Source: Amphiscolops sp. MND2022 (taxonomy: Eukaryota). Taken from it: a stretch of 64,000 nucleotides of DNA. The translations under genes and the position numbers were made by a program. The notes under the pieces were generated by a model. The model saw nothing but the letters and a program-made list of their open reading frames with translations, did not search any database and was not told the DNA's origin. Shown here piece after piece: positions 39,171-51,881 of the stretch (its first letter is position 1; each line of letters begins with the position of its first letter). Location: positions 62,992,001 to 63,056,000 of the forward strand of contig OZ076413.1 in assembly GCA_964187785.1 (NCBI GenBank), given 5' to 3'.

Positions 39171-39227
39171 GAACTTTAATTTTAAAACGTTTTATCTTAA
39201 CTAAAATCTGGCGTTCCAGTTTGGCCT

Positions 39228-40004
39228 GTGAATTCAAAAAACCCCAAATTGAATGAAAAACTCAAAATGATAGCCACCAAAGCGTCAAAATACGCACTTC
39301 CGTCCATGAGCTACAAAGCGAGATCCTTGAATATAGAAACTTTCGTCATTTCAAAACTGATACATCGACTCCGACATTTATGTCAGAGGAGAACTTTAAT
39401 CAAAAAATTGAATCAAGACCTCATCAAAAAACACATTGAAAGTGGAAAAAAACGTCGGTTAAAAAAATCGGAGCGGAATTTATCCATTGAACAAGGTGGA
39501 CAACTTCTAGAATTAACAAAAGACACAAAAACAAAAGACGTTTATGATTTCCTGCGAAATTTATCTAATCAAATGAAAGCAAAAGAACGCCCACAGGAAG
39601 GATCTGAAAAACTGCAAATAAATACAGACAACCTGAACAATTTTGTCAAATAAATATGGAAGTTGGATAATCTTCTGGCCTTTCAAAAAAACATAGTTTA
39701 CAACTTTCTGATGGGCTGCTATCTAGATAAAGAACAAAAATGGCTGAAAGATTTAGTACCACACCCTTTGTGCTTTCAATGCGGTGATCCTTTCGAAACC
39801 TTCAATCGCCTAATTTTTGAAAGCCCAGTCAACAAAAACTTACGAACTCTTTTGCAAATACGTAATTGGAAATTTTTGTTCAACAGAAACGCCTCCCTGA
39901 AAATGACATTTTTAACGAGTACAATAGTATGCTCATGGACGGAAGAACCAATAAATACTGTGTTTTTAAAAAAGAACTTAACAGAACCTAAAAAACAGCA
40001 GTAA
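39228..40004 (+). pseudogene. 3' part of a non-LTR (L1/Tx1-like) ORF2 with zf-RVT-like finger
   Basis: SYKARSLNIETFVISKL, LSIEQGG, and CFQCGDPFETFNRLIFE (CxxC...ETxxHxFxxC-like). Confidence 0.65.
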
Positions 40005-42166
40005 CAAAATTTTTATAGAGAGCTATCTCAGTACTCTTCGAATTTTCACTTTCATTTTTATAGCTTTTTCATTTAAATTTGACATTCTTGATCAATTTTT
40101 CGTTCATGTATTAATTTGATTGATTCTTTGTTTATAACGGTGGTTATACATTTGTAAGTCCTTCTTTTGAGTGGTTTTTCATTCGGACAAATTAATTTAC
40201 TTCTTTAAAAAATCCGGATTGACCTGTCGGCTAAAAAGTTGAACAAATGAACAAAAAAGGTGGACCATTCAGAGTGAACTGAAAAAACTACCCACTGGAA
40301 TAATCGCGCTTTTTTCCTCAAGGTACCCTGAGGTACACTGTGACTCAACCTTATTTTCAAAATTTTCTCGAACAACAGCGAAATTAAGTTCTCTTCAATT
40401 GTGCTGACACGTTTTTATATTATATAGCTCTACGAGAACAGTGGATTGCTAATTTTGAAATGCTACAGCAAGACCAATTACCCACAGACGCATTATCTTA
40501 TAATTGACAGTTACTAGTTGATGATTCAGTGACGTCGGATATATAAGTTGTTGGTCAAAGTAATGATACTGAGAATGTGCCTGAAACCTGAAATTCGTTT
40601 CTTTTTAGGTTTTCGAAAGAAAATTGTCTGATACTTAATGCCATCAATGATCACAATCTTACTATAATAACGTTGTAAATATGTATGTTAAAAAATGAAT
40701 GGAAAAGTGATTGCAACCAACAGTTTGAATGAACGAAAACTAAGAAAAAGTTTATTACTGAAAAACTCAATCATCTGTTGAAAAAATTGCATCATTGAAA
40801 ATTCACGAGCTATACATTACATAACTCTCCTTATTTCATATTGTATAATAACTGAAGATAAAGATGCAGAAAACGGACAGCGCACACCGACTAAATTATT
40901 CAAGACATATTCCTTACGTGGGCGATGAGCTAATGAGGCGAGACCACAAGAAAAGCCATATTCCGCATGGGTTTGTTTGACTTTGTTTAGTCCCTGAGTT
41001 TTTTTTAGTCCCACGGGAACATTTGAGTCTATATTAAGCAGCGGAAATAAAGTAGCCTGGAGCATTTGAAATTTCCACTACTATGTCATGTGCCTATTCT
41101 AACTGGCGAATCCCTAAAATCTCTGGGACTCACTGTTGGACACTCATTTTTAGTCGGCGCATTTTATAAGGATGTTCCCAACTGCTACAGTAACGACTTT
41201 TTTTTGTTTTTTTTTCCGTAAGGTCACAGTTTGAATGCGAATCTTTTCAATAGATTTCGAGTTTGTTCACGATGCCAGCGACCATGCGCACTTCTCTGCC
41301 ATGTCAGCTGAGGACTAAATATCTTTGTTTGCAACCTCTTGACGTGTCAAAGGGTCCATCTTTGGGTTTTTTTTCACTGTGCGACTGTTTTCAAAAATAT
41401 TTAAAGAGTTTGGGTCCACCTTCGGTTTTTCTTTTGTTTCAACTTTCAGAAAGACGTTTCTCCAGCCTGAAGGGCCATTAATTGTTTTGATATTTCAATA
41501 TTAATGGTATGGAAAGCCTACCACAAGTCAGGGTTAGGGTCAGCACCTGCGCTTCTTGAGCTATAAGAGTGGCGCCGACTTGTTATTTATAACTTTACAT
41601 GTCTAGTCTACCGTAGACTGCACTGTTTATAACACAAAAAGATGTACATGTAGCACTTTTTGTCTGATGGATGTGTCGACACGACACAAATGTCGCTTTC
41701 ATCAAATTAATTTTTTCATAATTTCTATTTTGTGCGTAAGTGAATGAATGTTTGCAACAGTTTAAGCTGATAGGAGCTGTCACACGGAACGCCTATCGTG
41801 TCTTGTCGTCTGAGTTGGTGGTATACTGATTATTCAGTACTTACCATCACATGCCATGGATTGAGACGGTCACTTTGAAACCACAGCTTCAAATCCACCG
41901 TTGCTTGACCACTTGGCTGCAAATATGGTACCATAGCTTGCTATGGGGAGATAGTATCCGAAAGGGCACCGACTTAGAAAAGCAGAACTGCTTATTCGGC
42001 GTCCACCTCGCGGGTAATGGGAAAATTAACTACTCCTACTCCTACTCCTGAGACAGTTAAAAAAACAAGCGCTAAAAAACTAGCCTAATTTTTAGCAGTG
42101 ATGACATCAGATTAGTAGTTGTGAAATCAAAGTGTGAAACAACGTGATCGTGTACTAAAAGAAGTA

Positions 42167-42254
42167 AGAAGAATACAGCCGCAAATAAACCAGGTACTTA
42201 GAACAGTTTTAACCCAAATTTTAATTCAATTAAAATTTAACACAAACACTTTTA
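42167..42254 (+). repeat. Left terminal inverted-repeat remnant
   Basis: AGAAGAATACAGCCGCAAATAAACCAGGTACTTAGAACAGTTTTAACCCAAA... is the reverse complement of 62465-62550, with several mismatches. Confidence 0.8.
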
Positions 42255-43309
42255 CAAATACTTTTAAGAATCACTGAAAAGGAAATGAATATTCATTCCT
42301 ATACGCACACGCGTGGCTGCTTTTAATTTAGTTTCCGCACGCGCTGGCGGCCGTGCGCGGTTTTTCCCGCGCATCCGCACAAGCTATACGAGCGCGGATT
42401 TATCCGCGCAGGCTTTACGAGCGCGGATATTTCCGCGCCATTCCCACGTGCAGCATTTTTTTTACTTTCGTGTGCTCTCACGGCCAATAGAATTGGCTCA
42501 CACACTCATCTGTTGTAATTTTCAATTGCACAACTATTCATCATCAACTCTTTATCAACAACAGCAGCTCTTTCTTCAACGCTAACACTTCTACTCAATC
42601 TTCTACGACTTTACAAAATCCCGCAGCAAATGTATCTATTTTTTAAACTGAATTTCCATTCCCAATCAACAAAAATAGCAAGCGTCTTTAGTTTTTTTCT
42701 GTTATAGCATGTCTCAAAACAACAACACTACCAGCATCGCCGCCGCCGCCACCACCACCACCACCAGCATCGCCGCCACCACCACCACCACCACCAGCAT
42801 CGCCGCCACCACCACCCAAAACTATCCAGGAATGGAAATGTGAGTTATTTATTAAATCGTTTGCTTACTGGATTGAAAATAAATTCTAATTATTTTTTCA
42901 CGAGCTTGCAAATCAAACTGTTTTATTCTAGAATCATCAACGCCAACTCGCAGTCGCCTCCAATCGCTTACCACCCCGATCTTTGTTTTGCCGCCGCCCT
43001 ACGAAGAGGAAGAAGAAGTCTATCCATCGGAGATCTCCCAGGACTCAATGTCCGAGGCATGTTCAAGCAATATTCATATTTTTGACAGTGTTTTTTATTT
43101 GCATACTTCAAGCAACTGAGGTGTTTCCTTCGCGAAAATTCGAATCTTTAACGAAAGTCAAGTTGCACAATCAATTTGAAAAAAAAAGAAAGAAAAAAAG
43201 CCACGTTAATAGAATATTTTATGTAACGAAGGTACGAAAAGTTTGTAAATATTTTTCGATCATTTTTGGCAAATTCGAGGCACACACAATAGTTGACATG
43301 TTGGAAATC

Positions 43310-43745
43310 GTTGTTTTTGTGTTGTTTGCGCATTGGCAATGTACAATACAAGTGCACACACGTACGTAGGACTTGTGTCACGACCCAGTGGATGGTCGGA
43401 GAAAATCCGCGTCGCGCGGATTTTTATTTTTCGTTTTGCCAAGCTCCCTGGTCAATGGGGCAATGTTGTTTTTGTGTTGTTTGCGCATTGCCAATGTACA
43501 ATACAAGTGCACACACGTACGAAGGACTTGTGTCACGACCCAGTGGGTGGTCGGAGAAAACCCGCGTCGCGCGGATTTTTATTTTTTCCTTTTGCCAAGC
43601 TCCCTGGTCAATGGGGCAATGTTGTTTTTGTGTTGTTTGCGCATTGCCAATGTACAATACAAAAGCACACACGTACGTAGGACTTGTGTCACGACCCAGT
43701 GGGGAGGAGGATCTTTTTTCTATTTGCCAAGCTCCCTGGGCAATC
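43310..43745. repeat. Tandem repeat, ~150-bp unit x3 (third unit truncated), each full unit with an AAAA(T/C)CCGCGTCGCGCGGATTTT hairpin
   Basis: Direct reading of the sequence. Confidence 0.9.
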
Positions 43746-44043
43746 AAATGTTGAAGCACAAAAAAGGTCTTGTTAATGTCGTGGCTATGATGATTTCCTA
43801 GACATTGTCGCCTGCCTCTTGGGAAGGCAAGGTGATGCGAAACATCAACAATCACAGTGGTATCTTTTCCAGAAAGTTGAACCTCGACTCTGGCAGTTGT
43901 TCAAACCTTCATCACTGAACACTCTGTCGACAAAATGCGGCCCAATCAGTATCCACTGGACTAAAGGACCTTCATTTGAAATCAGTAGTTTTAGTAATAA
44001 AACAGTTAGTTACAGACTGTGATTGTAGATATTGTAAAACGAC

Positions 44044-44964
44044 GTGATCTTTCTGTTTGTTCAAGAGATGCAGTTCCGAAAGCAGCGGGACGCTTTTCAA
44101 CTTCTTTACGACTATTTCCGGAGAGGTCGACGGTCAAGTCTCAATGTTGTGGTCCTCACGCCGTACGTCGAGCAGTTCACAAATATTTTCCTTGGTTACA
44201 GCGCTATAGTGAAAGACTACAGCAAAGTTTTTCCTCCCGGTCAATCAATTGACATGGACGTCAATCACGTTTACCGAGGTTTTCTCGGACCGAACACGGA
44301 CGTGAAGCCAATAAAATGGAAAAAATTCGAGGTAATGGACTATCACTACAAGCGACCATTCGACAATCTGGTCCTTGTTATTGACTACGATGCAATTGAA
44401 AAAGATTTCCCCGCCGGCGATTCGGATTCGGACGATGATTGGAGTGACGATGGGATCTTCAATCATGATGTCGCAGTTCCTGATATAATTTTCAACAACC
44501 TCAATGGCAATGTAGCCGTCAGGGTCTTCAAGGTTCTCGCGAAGATCAATGATTTCCCATCTTTCATGGTCGGGGAAACACGCTTCATTATTGGTCTGAG
44601 CAGCCTGCCGGTAGAATCCGTCAACGATGGGTTCCCTATTGAATTTTACTGGGATGTTGGAGAAATGCAATTGGTTGAAAACGATACTCTCATTTTCTTG
44701 CCAAACGACTGCCTAGAGAAACTGGAGACCATTTGGCTCAAAAGCAATAACGAAGAGAATATATTCGAATTTCTTCTCATTGTCGATTTTGATCAGTGTG
44801 TGCTGCGATTTGGCCTCAACGACCAATTACTTTTGCAGACAATCTGTTTCCAAAGTGACCTCGCTTATGAGATTAGAATTTACTTCACCAAAACCACGGA
44901 ATCATTGATGATACTAGAGGTTTTGAATCAGTCTTGTCAAGTCTTGTGCCACAGTGTCTGTTGA
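44044..44964 (+). CDS. Polinton accessory ORF of unknown function (306 aa, acidic)
   Basis: Long uninterrupted ORF in element orientation. No recognisable motif. Confidence 0.55.
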   Translation: MIFLFVQEMQFRKQRDAFQLLYDYFRRGRRSSLNVVVLTPYVEQFTNIFLGYSAIVKDYSKVFPPGQSIDMDVNHVYRGFLGPNTDVKPIKWKKFEVMDYHYKRPFDNLVLVIDYDAIEKDFPAGDSDSDDDWSDDGIFNHDVAVPDIIFNNLNGNVAVRVFKVLAKINDFPSFMVGETRFIIGLSSLPVESVNDGFPIEFYWDVGEMQLVENDTLIFLPNDCLEKLETIWLKSNNEENIFEFLLIVDFDQCVLRFGLNDQLLLQTICFQSDLAYEIRIYFTKTTESLMILEVLNQSCQVLCHSVC

Positions 44965-45588
44965 ATATGTATCAAGAGCAGGCCGATGATTTGTTTAGTT
45001 GTCAATGGCCCAACGAATTTGTTGAACATCTGGTGAAAAAATTTTATTTTCAGAATTGTTGAAAAGGTTCAACGGTCACTGATGAACATCATCCCCTGAT
45101 GGTTTCCTGGAAGTCTCTCTTGGAAGCCCATAGAATTACCAGAATGCAATCGCAAGCTCTGTAATTTGTAATTAAACGTTGCGCTGGATAGCAGTTCTTT
45201 CTTGTTGCAACATGTTTTTTGAAGCGTTGAATTGTCTTAAAACTGCTTAAAATTCAATGTATTTTTTTTCAAGGAATGAGAAAGAATCAGCCTCCATCAA
45301 TAAAATGTTTGTAATCGGTAATGTTTTTTTGATTTTGTCACCTATACAGTCTAGACGTTTTTTGGCAGAAGACATAAAACAGTTGGGGTCTTGAAATTGA
45401 TTCTCCCATCCTGTCCGAAACGCAGCAAACAATTTATGTATTCGTTGCGCCTCAAAACGTTTTCTCCTTTCAAATCACAGTTCAGTTTTTTTGTTAAAGT
45501 TGCTGATTACACGTTTTACTACATTTTTGAGAGTTCAGGTTCACAGTATTCTTTCCGTTTCAGAGTCTCAATGTTTTGACGAAAAAAG

Positions 45589-46308
45589 ATGAACTGGTTG
45601 AACAGTGTTGTACGTAAGCGCTCACAGAAGAAGACTCTGGGTATTGTTGGAAACGATGCAAAATCTGTTGTGTCCTCCTGGCGAATCTCACCGGAGCAAG
45701 ACGAGTCCAGCCACGACAAATGTTGGGAAATTGCCAAGTCGCATAATCGCTGGGTTAGAATCGGAGTGAAGTGCTACCCAAACAACCTCTCTTCGGAGAT
45801 GTCAACCGCGACTTACATCGGGCTGCGACTTTTCAAACCCGAGTTTCAAAGCGGCCAGTGGCAGCGGCATGGTCACTTTTCGTTCACTGTTGAAGAGCTG
45901 ACTGCGTTCGTGGCTTTGCTTGGTCAAGGTGACAAGGGGGCATTGGAATCATCAGGGGTGAAATCTGCGACGACGCAGGAGTTCAACAGAGCGATGGAGG
46001 GAGCTCTGACGGGTGGGTTCCGAGAACCTACGTCAATCTCAACTTTTGGAAAGAAGCCTACTGGCAAGAATCGTATTTCCAAGGTCAATGGCGCGAAAGT
46101 CGGGTCAACCACAATCACATCGAAGAAGCCGGCCCAAAATGTCACGAACGACTGCTTGACCAATGGCGACAATGAGAACATAACAATCGAGGCGGACGTT
46201 GAAAACCAAAAATTGTTTGAGAAACGAGATTTTGTTATGTTCAACGGTGAGACTGGTACGAACATAGCCACCACTGAGGATGATGATGATGAAGTTTTCA
46301 TGAACTAA
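45589..46308 (+). CDS. Polinton accessory ORF, possible PC4-like ssDNA-binding domain plus acidic tail
   Basis: WEIAKSHNRWVRIGVKCY...YIGLRLFK...FSFTVEELTAF resembles the PC4 strand/helix pattern. Intact 239-aa ORF. Confidence 0.5.
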   Translation: MNWLNSVVRKRSQKKTLGIVGNDAKSVVSSWRISPEQDESSHDKCWEIAKSHNRWVRIGVKCYPNNLSSEMSTATYIGLRLFKPEFQSGQWQRHGHFSFTVEELTAFVALLGQGDKGALESSGVKSATTQEFNRAMEGALTGGFREPTSISTFGKKPTGKNRISKVNGAKVGSTTITSKKPAQNVTNDCLTNGDNENITIEADVENQKLFEKRDFVMFNGETGTNIATTEDDDDEVFMN

Positions 46309-46670
46309 ACGTCCTTTAAAGCTCGATGTTTTGTTGTACATGTGTTTGTTTGTTCTTGCGCGTGCGTTAAGTTTGACATGTTTTAATTTTGGCCAACTTC
46401 TCATATTACGTTTCACTTATTGGCTTCTAAATAGGCATTTTTTCATACAGTATTTCGGTTCTCGTTTATACTCATCAGGCTAACCCCTCTGTGGCGTGTT
46501 GCGTATACAAGTTTGTTTCCGGACCATTTATATAAATACGTTCTTCATATAATTTATGTTGTTGATTTTGTTTTTTTACTATTTGGAATCTTCATCAATC
46601 TTACAGTAGTTATAATTGCTTCTGTGACACGTTTAATTCTTGTTGCATTGCGTTTGATGCAGATTATGCC

Positions 46671-49600
46671 ATGGGGTTCAATCCTGAGCAGTACTATAGT
46701 GTAAATCGAATGCCACAAAGACGAAGTCTGTTGCGAGCGGCCAGCAGACACTATGAAGTGTACTTCACGGACATTGAAAGTGTGCTGCATCGAATCAAAG
46801 AGATTTTCAACCACCTCATCAACAAATTGATATCTGAGATACAGCAAGATCTTCCTGGTCATTCACACAGAATTTGATTGGTATTGAATGCGCCTACGCT
46901 CAACTATCCTATTCATATCCCATTCTCGTCCGAAGTGGATTTCAACGCCGAACTGATTCTCGATGAAATTGACAGGGTCGTTAATTCCAACGAGTCATTT
47001 GATATTAGCAACAATATCAAAGTCAACGTTTTGAGTGTTTCTTTACCAACAATGGGCGGGAACCGGCTTGGAGGCATACAGAGCAGGACTGTTCCCGATA
47101 TCAAGCTCTTCACGAAACAAAAGAAGTCAATAATTGTAATCAAAAGTGACCAGAACGATTGTCTTTTGCGGGCCATAGCAATTGGCATCAAAGTTAACGA
47201 GCGATCTCCTCGGCCGCCTAATAAAAGAAAAACGACAAAAAACTTGAACCTGGATCGGGCCTCCGTGCAAACGCGTGAAATGCAGCATTTGATAACCCTT
47301 CTGAAATCTGATCCAAGCATCCACCAAGAGGAATTGCAGGCAATTTTGGCTGGTGGTGCTTCCTCGAAAAGACTTCCCACCTCTGCCTATGACGACTCCT
47401 CTACTGGGTTACTTCACTATCAGACAGCTCAAACCTCTCCTGCTTCTGGTTAACCTCTCGCTCTACAAGTTTTAGAATTTTTGACTCAGTCGCAAGTGTT
47501 GAAAGACTTTTGTTTATCTGTTTACGATAGCAACTTTATGGGCATTTTCCTTAAATGTTAAAATCAGGAAGCACAGCAGAATATTGACCTTTTGTATGAT
47601 GCTCAAAACAGACATGTAGATTTAGTTACCTCAATGAAAGGACTATTCGATGCTCGCCACTACTGTTACAGTTGTCACAAGGCCTTTTTCACAGTGAAGC
47701 ATTTATGCTCTGCCAGTGGTTGTTTGCAGTGTCGGCAGCCTGGCTGTCTCAATAGAACCGGTTCCATCAACCTTTCGCCGCTCAATTGGACTACCTCGTC
47801 CAATGACTTGTCAAAGACCCCTCGCCAGTCACCGGTTTTCCAGTGTGATAGATGCAGGCTAAAGGTACGAAGCCAAAAGCGTCTGGATTGCCATGTTACC
47901 TCTGGGGTGTGTCATTTGTACTTTTTGTGCCCTACATGCGACAATACTGTACCTGATCGAGCATTCTCTAATCATATTTGCTCGAAAAAACGCTGTTCTA
48001 CATGCTCCGTTCATTACTCATTGTCAGACCGTAAAAACACCCTTCGCCTTCATCGGAACATCAATGTTTCGTACAAAAATCGAAGAGATGTATCGAGCGA
48101 GAAATACCAGATGGTGATACCAGTAACAAATTTCCTGACAGTGAAAGTTTGGGAGGAGAGAATTATCATGAAGAAGTTGAGAAAGAAGATCCGATGACGC
48201 AAATCAAATGCAGGAAAATGAGCAACGCTCCAGTCGATGACGATGGTACTGTTACGTCCCGTGACCAGCCAGCAAACAACTTTGCACGAGCTCCCTCGTT
48301 TGACAAAATTTGGGTTTTTGACATAGAAATTGACCAGAGTTGTGGCAACCAATTCTACTGGCAGCAGAGTCTTTGACAGGTGATGAAGTTATTTACTGTG
48401 GCTACGATTGTATAAACGATTTTTGTGAGGATTTTTTGCTAGTGTTGAAAGGGTTTGTCAAACTGAATGGTTTATTGTCCATTTTGGCAGTGGGTTCGAT
48501 TTCCTACCACACCTGGAATGACTCTACAAACAACACAAATACGTTCCCAAAATTTTGTTCAGAGGTAACAAGGTTGTGTCAATGCGTGTGGGGAATAAAC
48601 GATTCATTGACTCTTATCTTTTCATCCCTATACCTTTATCAAAATTTCCCACAACGTTCAATCTCAAGGAATTGAAAAAAGGATACTTTCCTCATTTTTT
48701 GACATCTAAAGAGGCCCTCTATCCCTCTGCTACTTCAAAGCTGCATAGTTTACAAACATGCGAGAAAGGGGAAAACTGCAATCTGCGCAAAATTGTTTCC
48801 AACGACTGCAATCACTGTGTAGCTACACAAAGCAATGTTAGCTGCTTCAATGCAGGAAATGACCAAGAAGAATGCCAAGAGTTTGCTCTCAAAGAAGGCC
48901 AATTTCCACCCGCATGGCTTTTTGTTTTGAATTCGATGAAAGGACAGCAAACGGTGAGCACGTTTTTGGAATGACACTCAGCACAGACCCAGCTTTATAA
49001 AGTTAATAAGCTCGTTTACGACTTTCAACAAGAACTCGTGTCGTACTGTCAGTCAGATGTTAAACTACTCAAAGAAGGTTTTTTGAAGTTTAGAACATTA
49101 ACCAAGAAAGTGTGCAGCGGAATAGATCCGTTCGAAGTCGCTTGCAGAGCAGCATCAGCATATAATTACATTTATAGACAACTATTCATGCCGAAGGACT
49201 CCATCGCAACCCTCCCTCAGAACGGTTACACGGGCAATGAGTTACCGTCTTTCCCGGCTGCCGTTTACTTGTCGTGGGTGGAACAAGTTGCAAATGATCG
49301 GGAGTCAAATGATTTCAGTATTCGTCTGTATAAATCAGGCGGAGGATTGAAGCGAGGCAGAGGTAAGGAGCAGACACTTGGATCATTCAACGTAGACGGA
49401 CTTCTTCTGTACAAACGAACTTCTCAATCAAAGAGTACCGCATGTGGGAGTGTTGTCCAGAAACCACAACTGTCGATAGTTTTGGAGTTTTTTGGATGTT
49501 ATTTCCACGGGTGTCCTTCTTGTTATACAGACCGAGATGAGGTTAATAAGAAACGAAATGCTACAACAATGCATGATTTGTACACCACAACAGTTATGGA

Positions 49601-51686
49601 CAGACTGGACTGGATATCAGCTCAAATCTCGACCGGCACAGTCTTCACAACAACAGATAACTTACGTTTTGTTGTGCATAGTATATTTTTTATTTGGGAA
49701 TGTGAGTTTAAAAAACTATTGGAACTGTCCATATCTGAAGACGAAGAAGGAATTGATACAACGTGGACGCATTTGCCGAGGTCAGTAGCAACTAAACTCA
49801 GCAGCTCCCCCTCGAGCATTTCGGATGACATCCAGCAGGTCGAACAAAGTCGTGTAATACATCAGACCTTACTGTACCGGCTGAGTAACATCAAACTACT
49901 GCAACAGATGTCAAATGACAGCATTCGTTACAGTCCGTTACAGCCTCGTGGCGCTTTTTTTGGAGGAAGAACAGAAAATTTTGTAATGAAGTGGTCTCGA
50001 CAACTACAGTCTCAGACCTTCAAGAATATCGATGTTTGTTCGCTGTACCCATATGTGAATTCGAGGTCAGTGTACCCTTCAGGGCATCCTGATTTGATTC
50101 TGATTGCTACAGAACAGCAACAACAATTGATTGCGCGTAAGGAAAAGGCTCGGAATAACAGCAACTCTGCCAATGAAAAACCGCCTCAAGCAAGTTGCTT
50201 TGACGAGGATGCGAATGTAACTCAACGTGAAGCTGTGGAGTTTAAATTTTTGGATCGGGTTGACTGGATTCTTACAATGCCCAGTAACGAACGAGACTCG
50301 GGAGGAGATCAATGTGAAGCTGAACAATCACATTCTCTGCCTCCACCACAGAGGTTCCGAAAGTTCTCGCAACGAACGCTTTTGGATCTCCCCTTAATTT
50401 TTGTTGAATTAAAACTGAAAAACGAGGATTATTTTGGTCTGATAAAATGCCAAGTACTGCCACCGTCTGATATACATCTACCCATTTTACCATTCAAATT
50501 TCAATCGAAACTGTTTTTTCCGCCATGTCGAAGTTGCGTTGAAGAAAGATCCAGCATGCCTGACAAAAAGAGTGTGGACTTGACATCAAAGAAGTGTGTT
50601 CATCGCCAAGTAGAAGAGAGGAGTTTCTGGGGCACAGTTGCTACCCCAGAAGTTAAGCTTGCTTTGGAAAATGGATACCGAGTAATAGATGTTGCACAGA
50701 TTTGGAGTTGGTCGAGAGCAAAAAGGTCTGTGACATTGTTCAAAGAGTATATCGATAACTTTTTGAAAATAAAAATGGAGGCATCTGGTAGGCCAAAAAC
50801 ATGCCGCTGTGAAGAAAAGATGAATTCTGATTCAGCGACAGAAATGATATGCGAGCAGCAGAGGCGTTACCTTCAGGAGATGAAGAAGAAAGAAGGCATT
50901 GCACTTGACCCTGCGAGGATAGAGAAAAACGAAGGTCTACGCTTTATTGCTAAAATACTTTTGAATAGCTTCTTGGGTTATCTCGGAATGCGGGATAATA
51001 TGCCAAAAACGAGGTACATCAACAACTATCGAGAGGTCGTGGACTATTTCACATCGCGAACAAAAAGAGTTACTGATGCGACTCTAGTGGGCGATGATTT
51101 GATGCTGCTACAATATCAACTCATTGATGACGCGGCAAACGCTCCACGGAAGACAAATGTGATTCTTGCTGCCTTCACAACTGCACATGCTCGCATAATA
51201 CTTTTCAACAATATGCAGCTGGTGAAAAATCCTAAAAATGTACTTTATTGTGATACAGACAGTATCATGTATGTCCACGATCAAACTCTGACCGATTCCC
51301 CGGATATCTCAATTGGGAGTGGACTGGGCGAAATGACCGACGAACTGCCTCCTGTTGTCTTGATTGACAAGTTTTGGAGTGCAGGGCCAAAGTTTTATTG
51401 CTTGTCTGGTCACAACGTTAAAACAGGACTGGAGTATAATTTTTTCAAAGTCAAGGGTGTAACGCTGAATAGGGCCACAGAGAAAACATTCAACCCCGAT
51501 ACCTTAAGAAAACTCGTGCTTGGCGAGACTCATGAATTGCAAAGCCCTTACAGTAGTCTGAGTTGTTGTGTTCGAACAGGCCAACTGAAAAACAAGTTTT
51601 GTGAAAAACGAGCCCGAGTCACAAGTAACAAACGTCTTTTCAACACAAATTCCGGCGAATCTACACCGTTTGGTTACGTCGGTTGA
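46671..51686 (+). pseudogene. polB: Protein-primed family B DNA polymerase, fragmented 5' of 49038
   Basis: N-terminal DCLLRAIA and Cys-rich region; ExoI WVFDIE; ExoII HFGSGFD; FIDSY...KKGYFPH; ExoIII YCQSDV; EFFGCYFHGC; motifs DVCSLYP, KILLNSFLG, YCDTDS. Confidence 0.95.
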
Positions 51687-51881
51687 ACAATAACTTCTCA
51701 TTTTAGACATACATAAATTTTATCAAGTTTGTAAAACAATCGTCCTTGTTGTGTGGCTATTACTTTGCTTTTGAAAATAAAAATTTTGTGCTTAAATCTC
51801 GATTGATCATCTGGATTAAACATCCTCCTTGGTTAATAATCAAAACTGGCCCAAGTAACGAACTGCTGTGTTTCAGATTTT

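Noticed and set aside
41531-41539. GGGTTAGGG as a telomeric repeat
   Set aside because: Only about 1.5 units; expected by chance.
41779-42055. TGTCA...GAGACA segment as a short solo LTR
   Set aside because: No TSD and no second copy in the window.
42114-42119. AGTAGT as the true Polinton terminus
   Set aside because: No clear matching right terminus or 6-bp TSD; similarity outside 42167-42254 is too weak.
43148-43855. Six overlapping ORFs in the 150-bp tandem repeat
   Set aside because: Open in several frames because of repeat composition; no coding signal.
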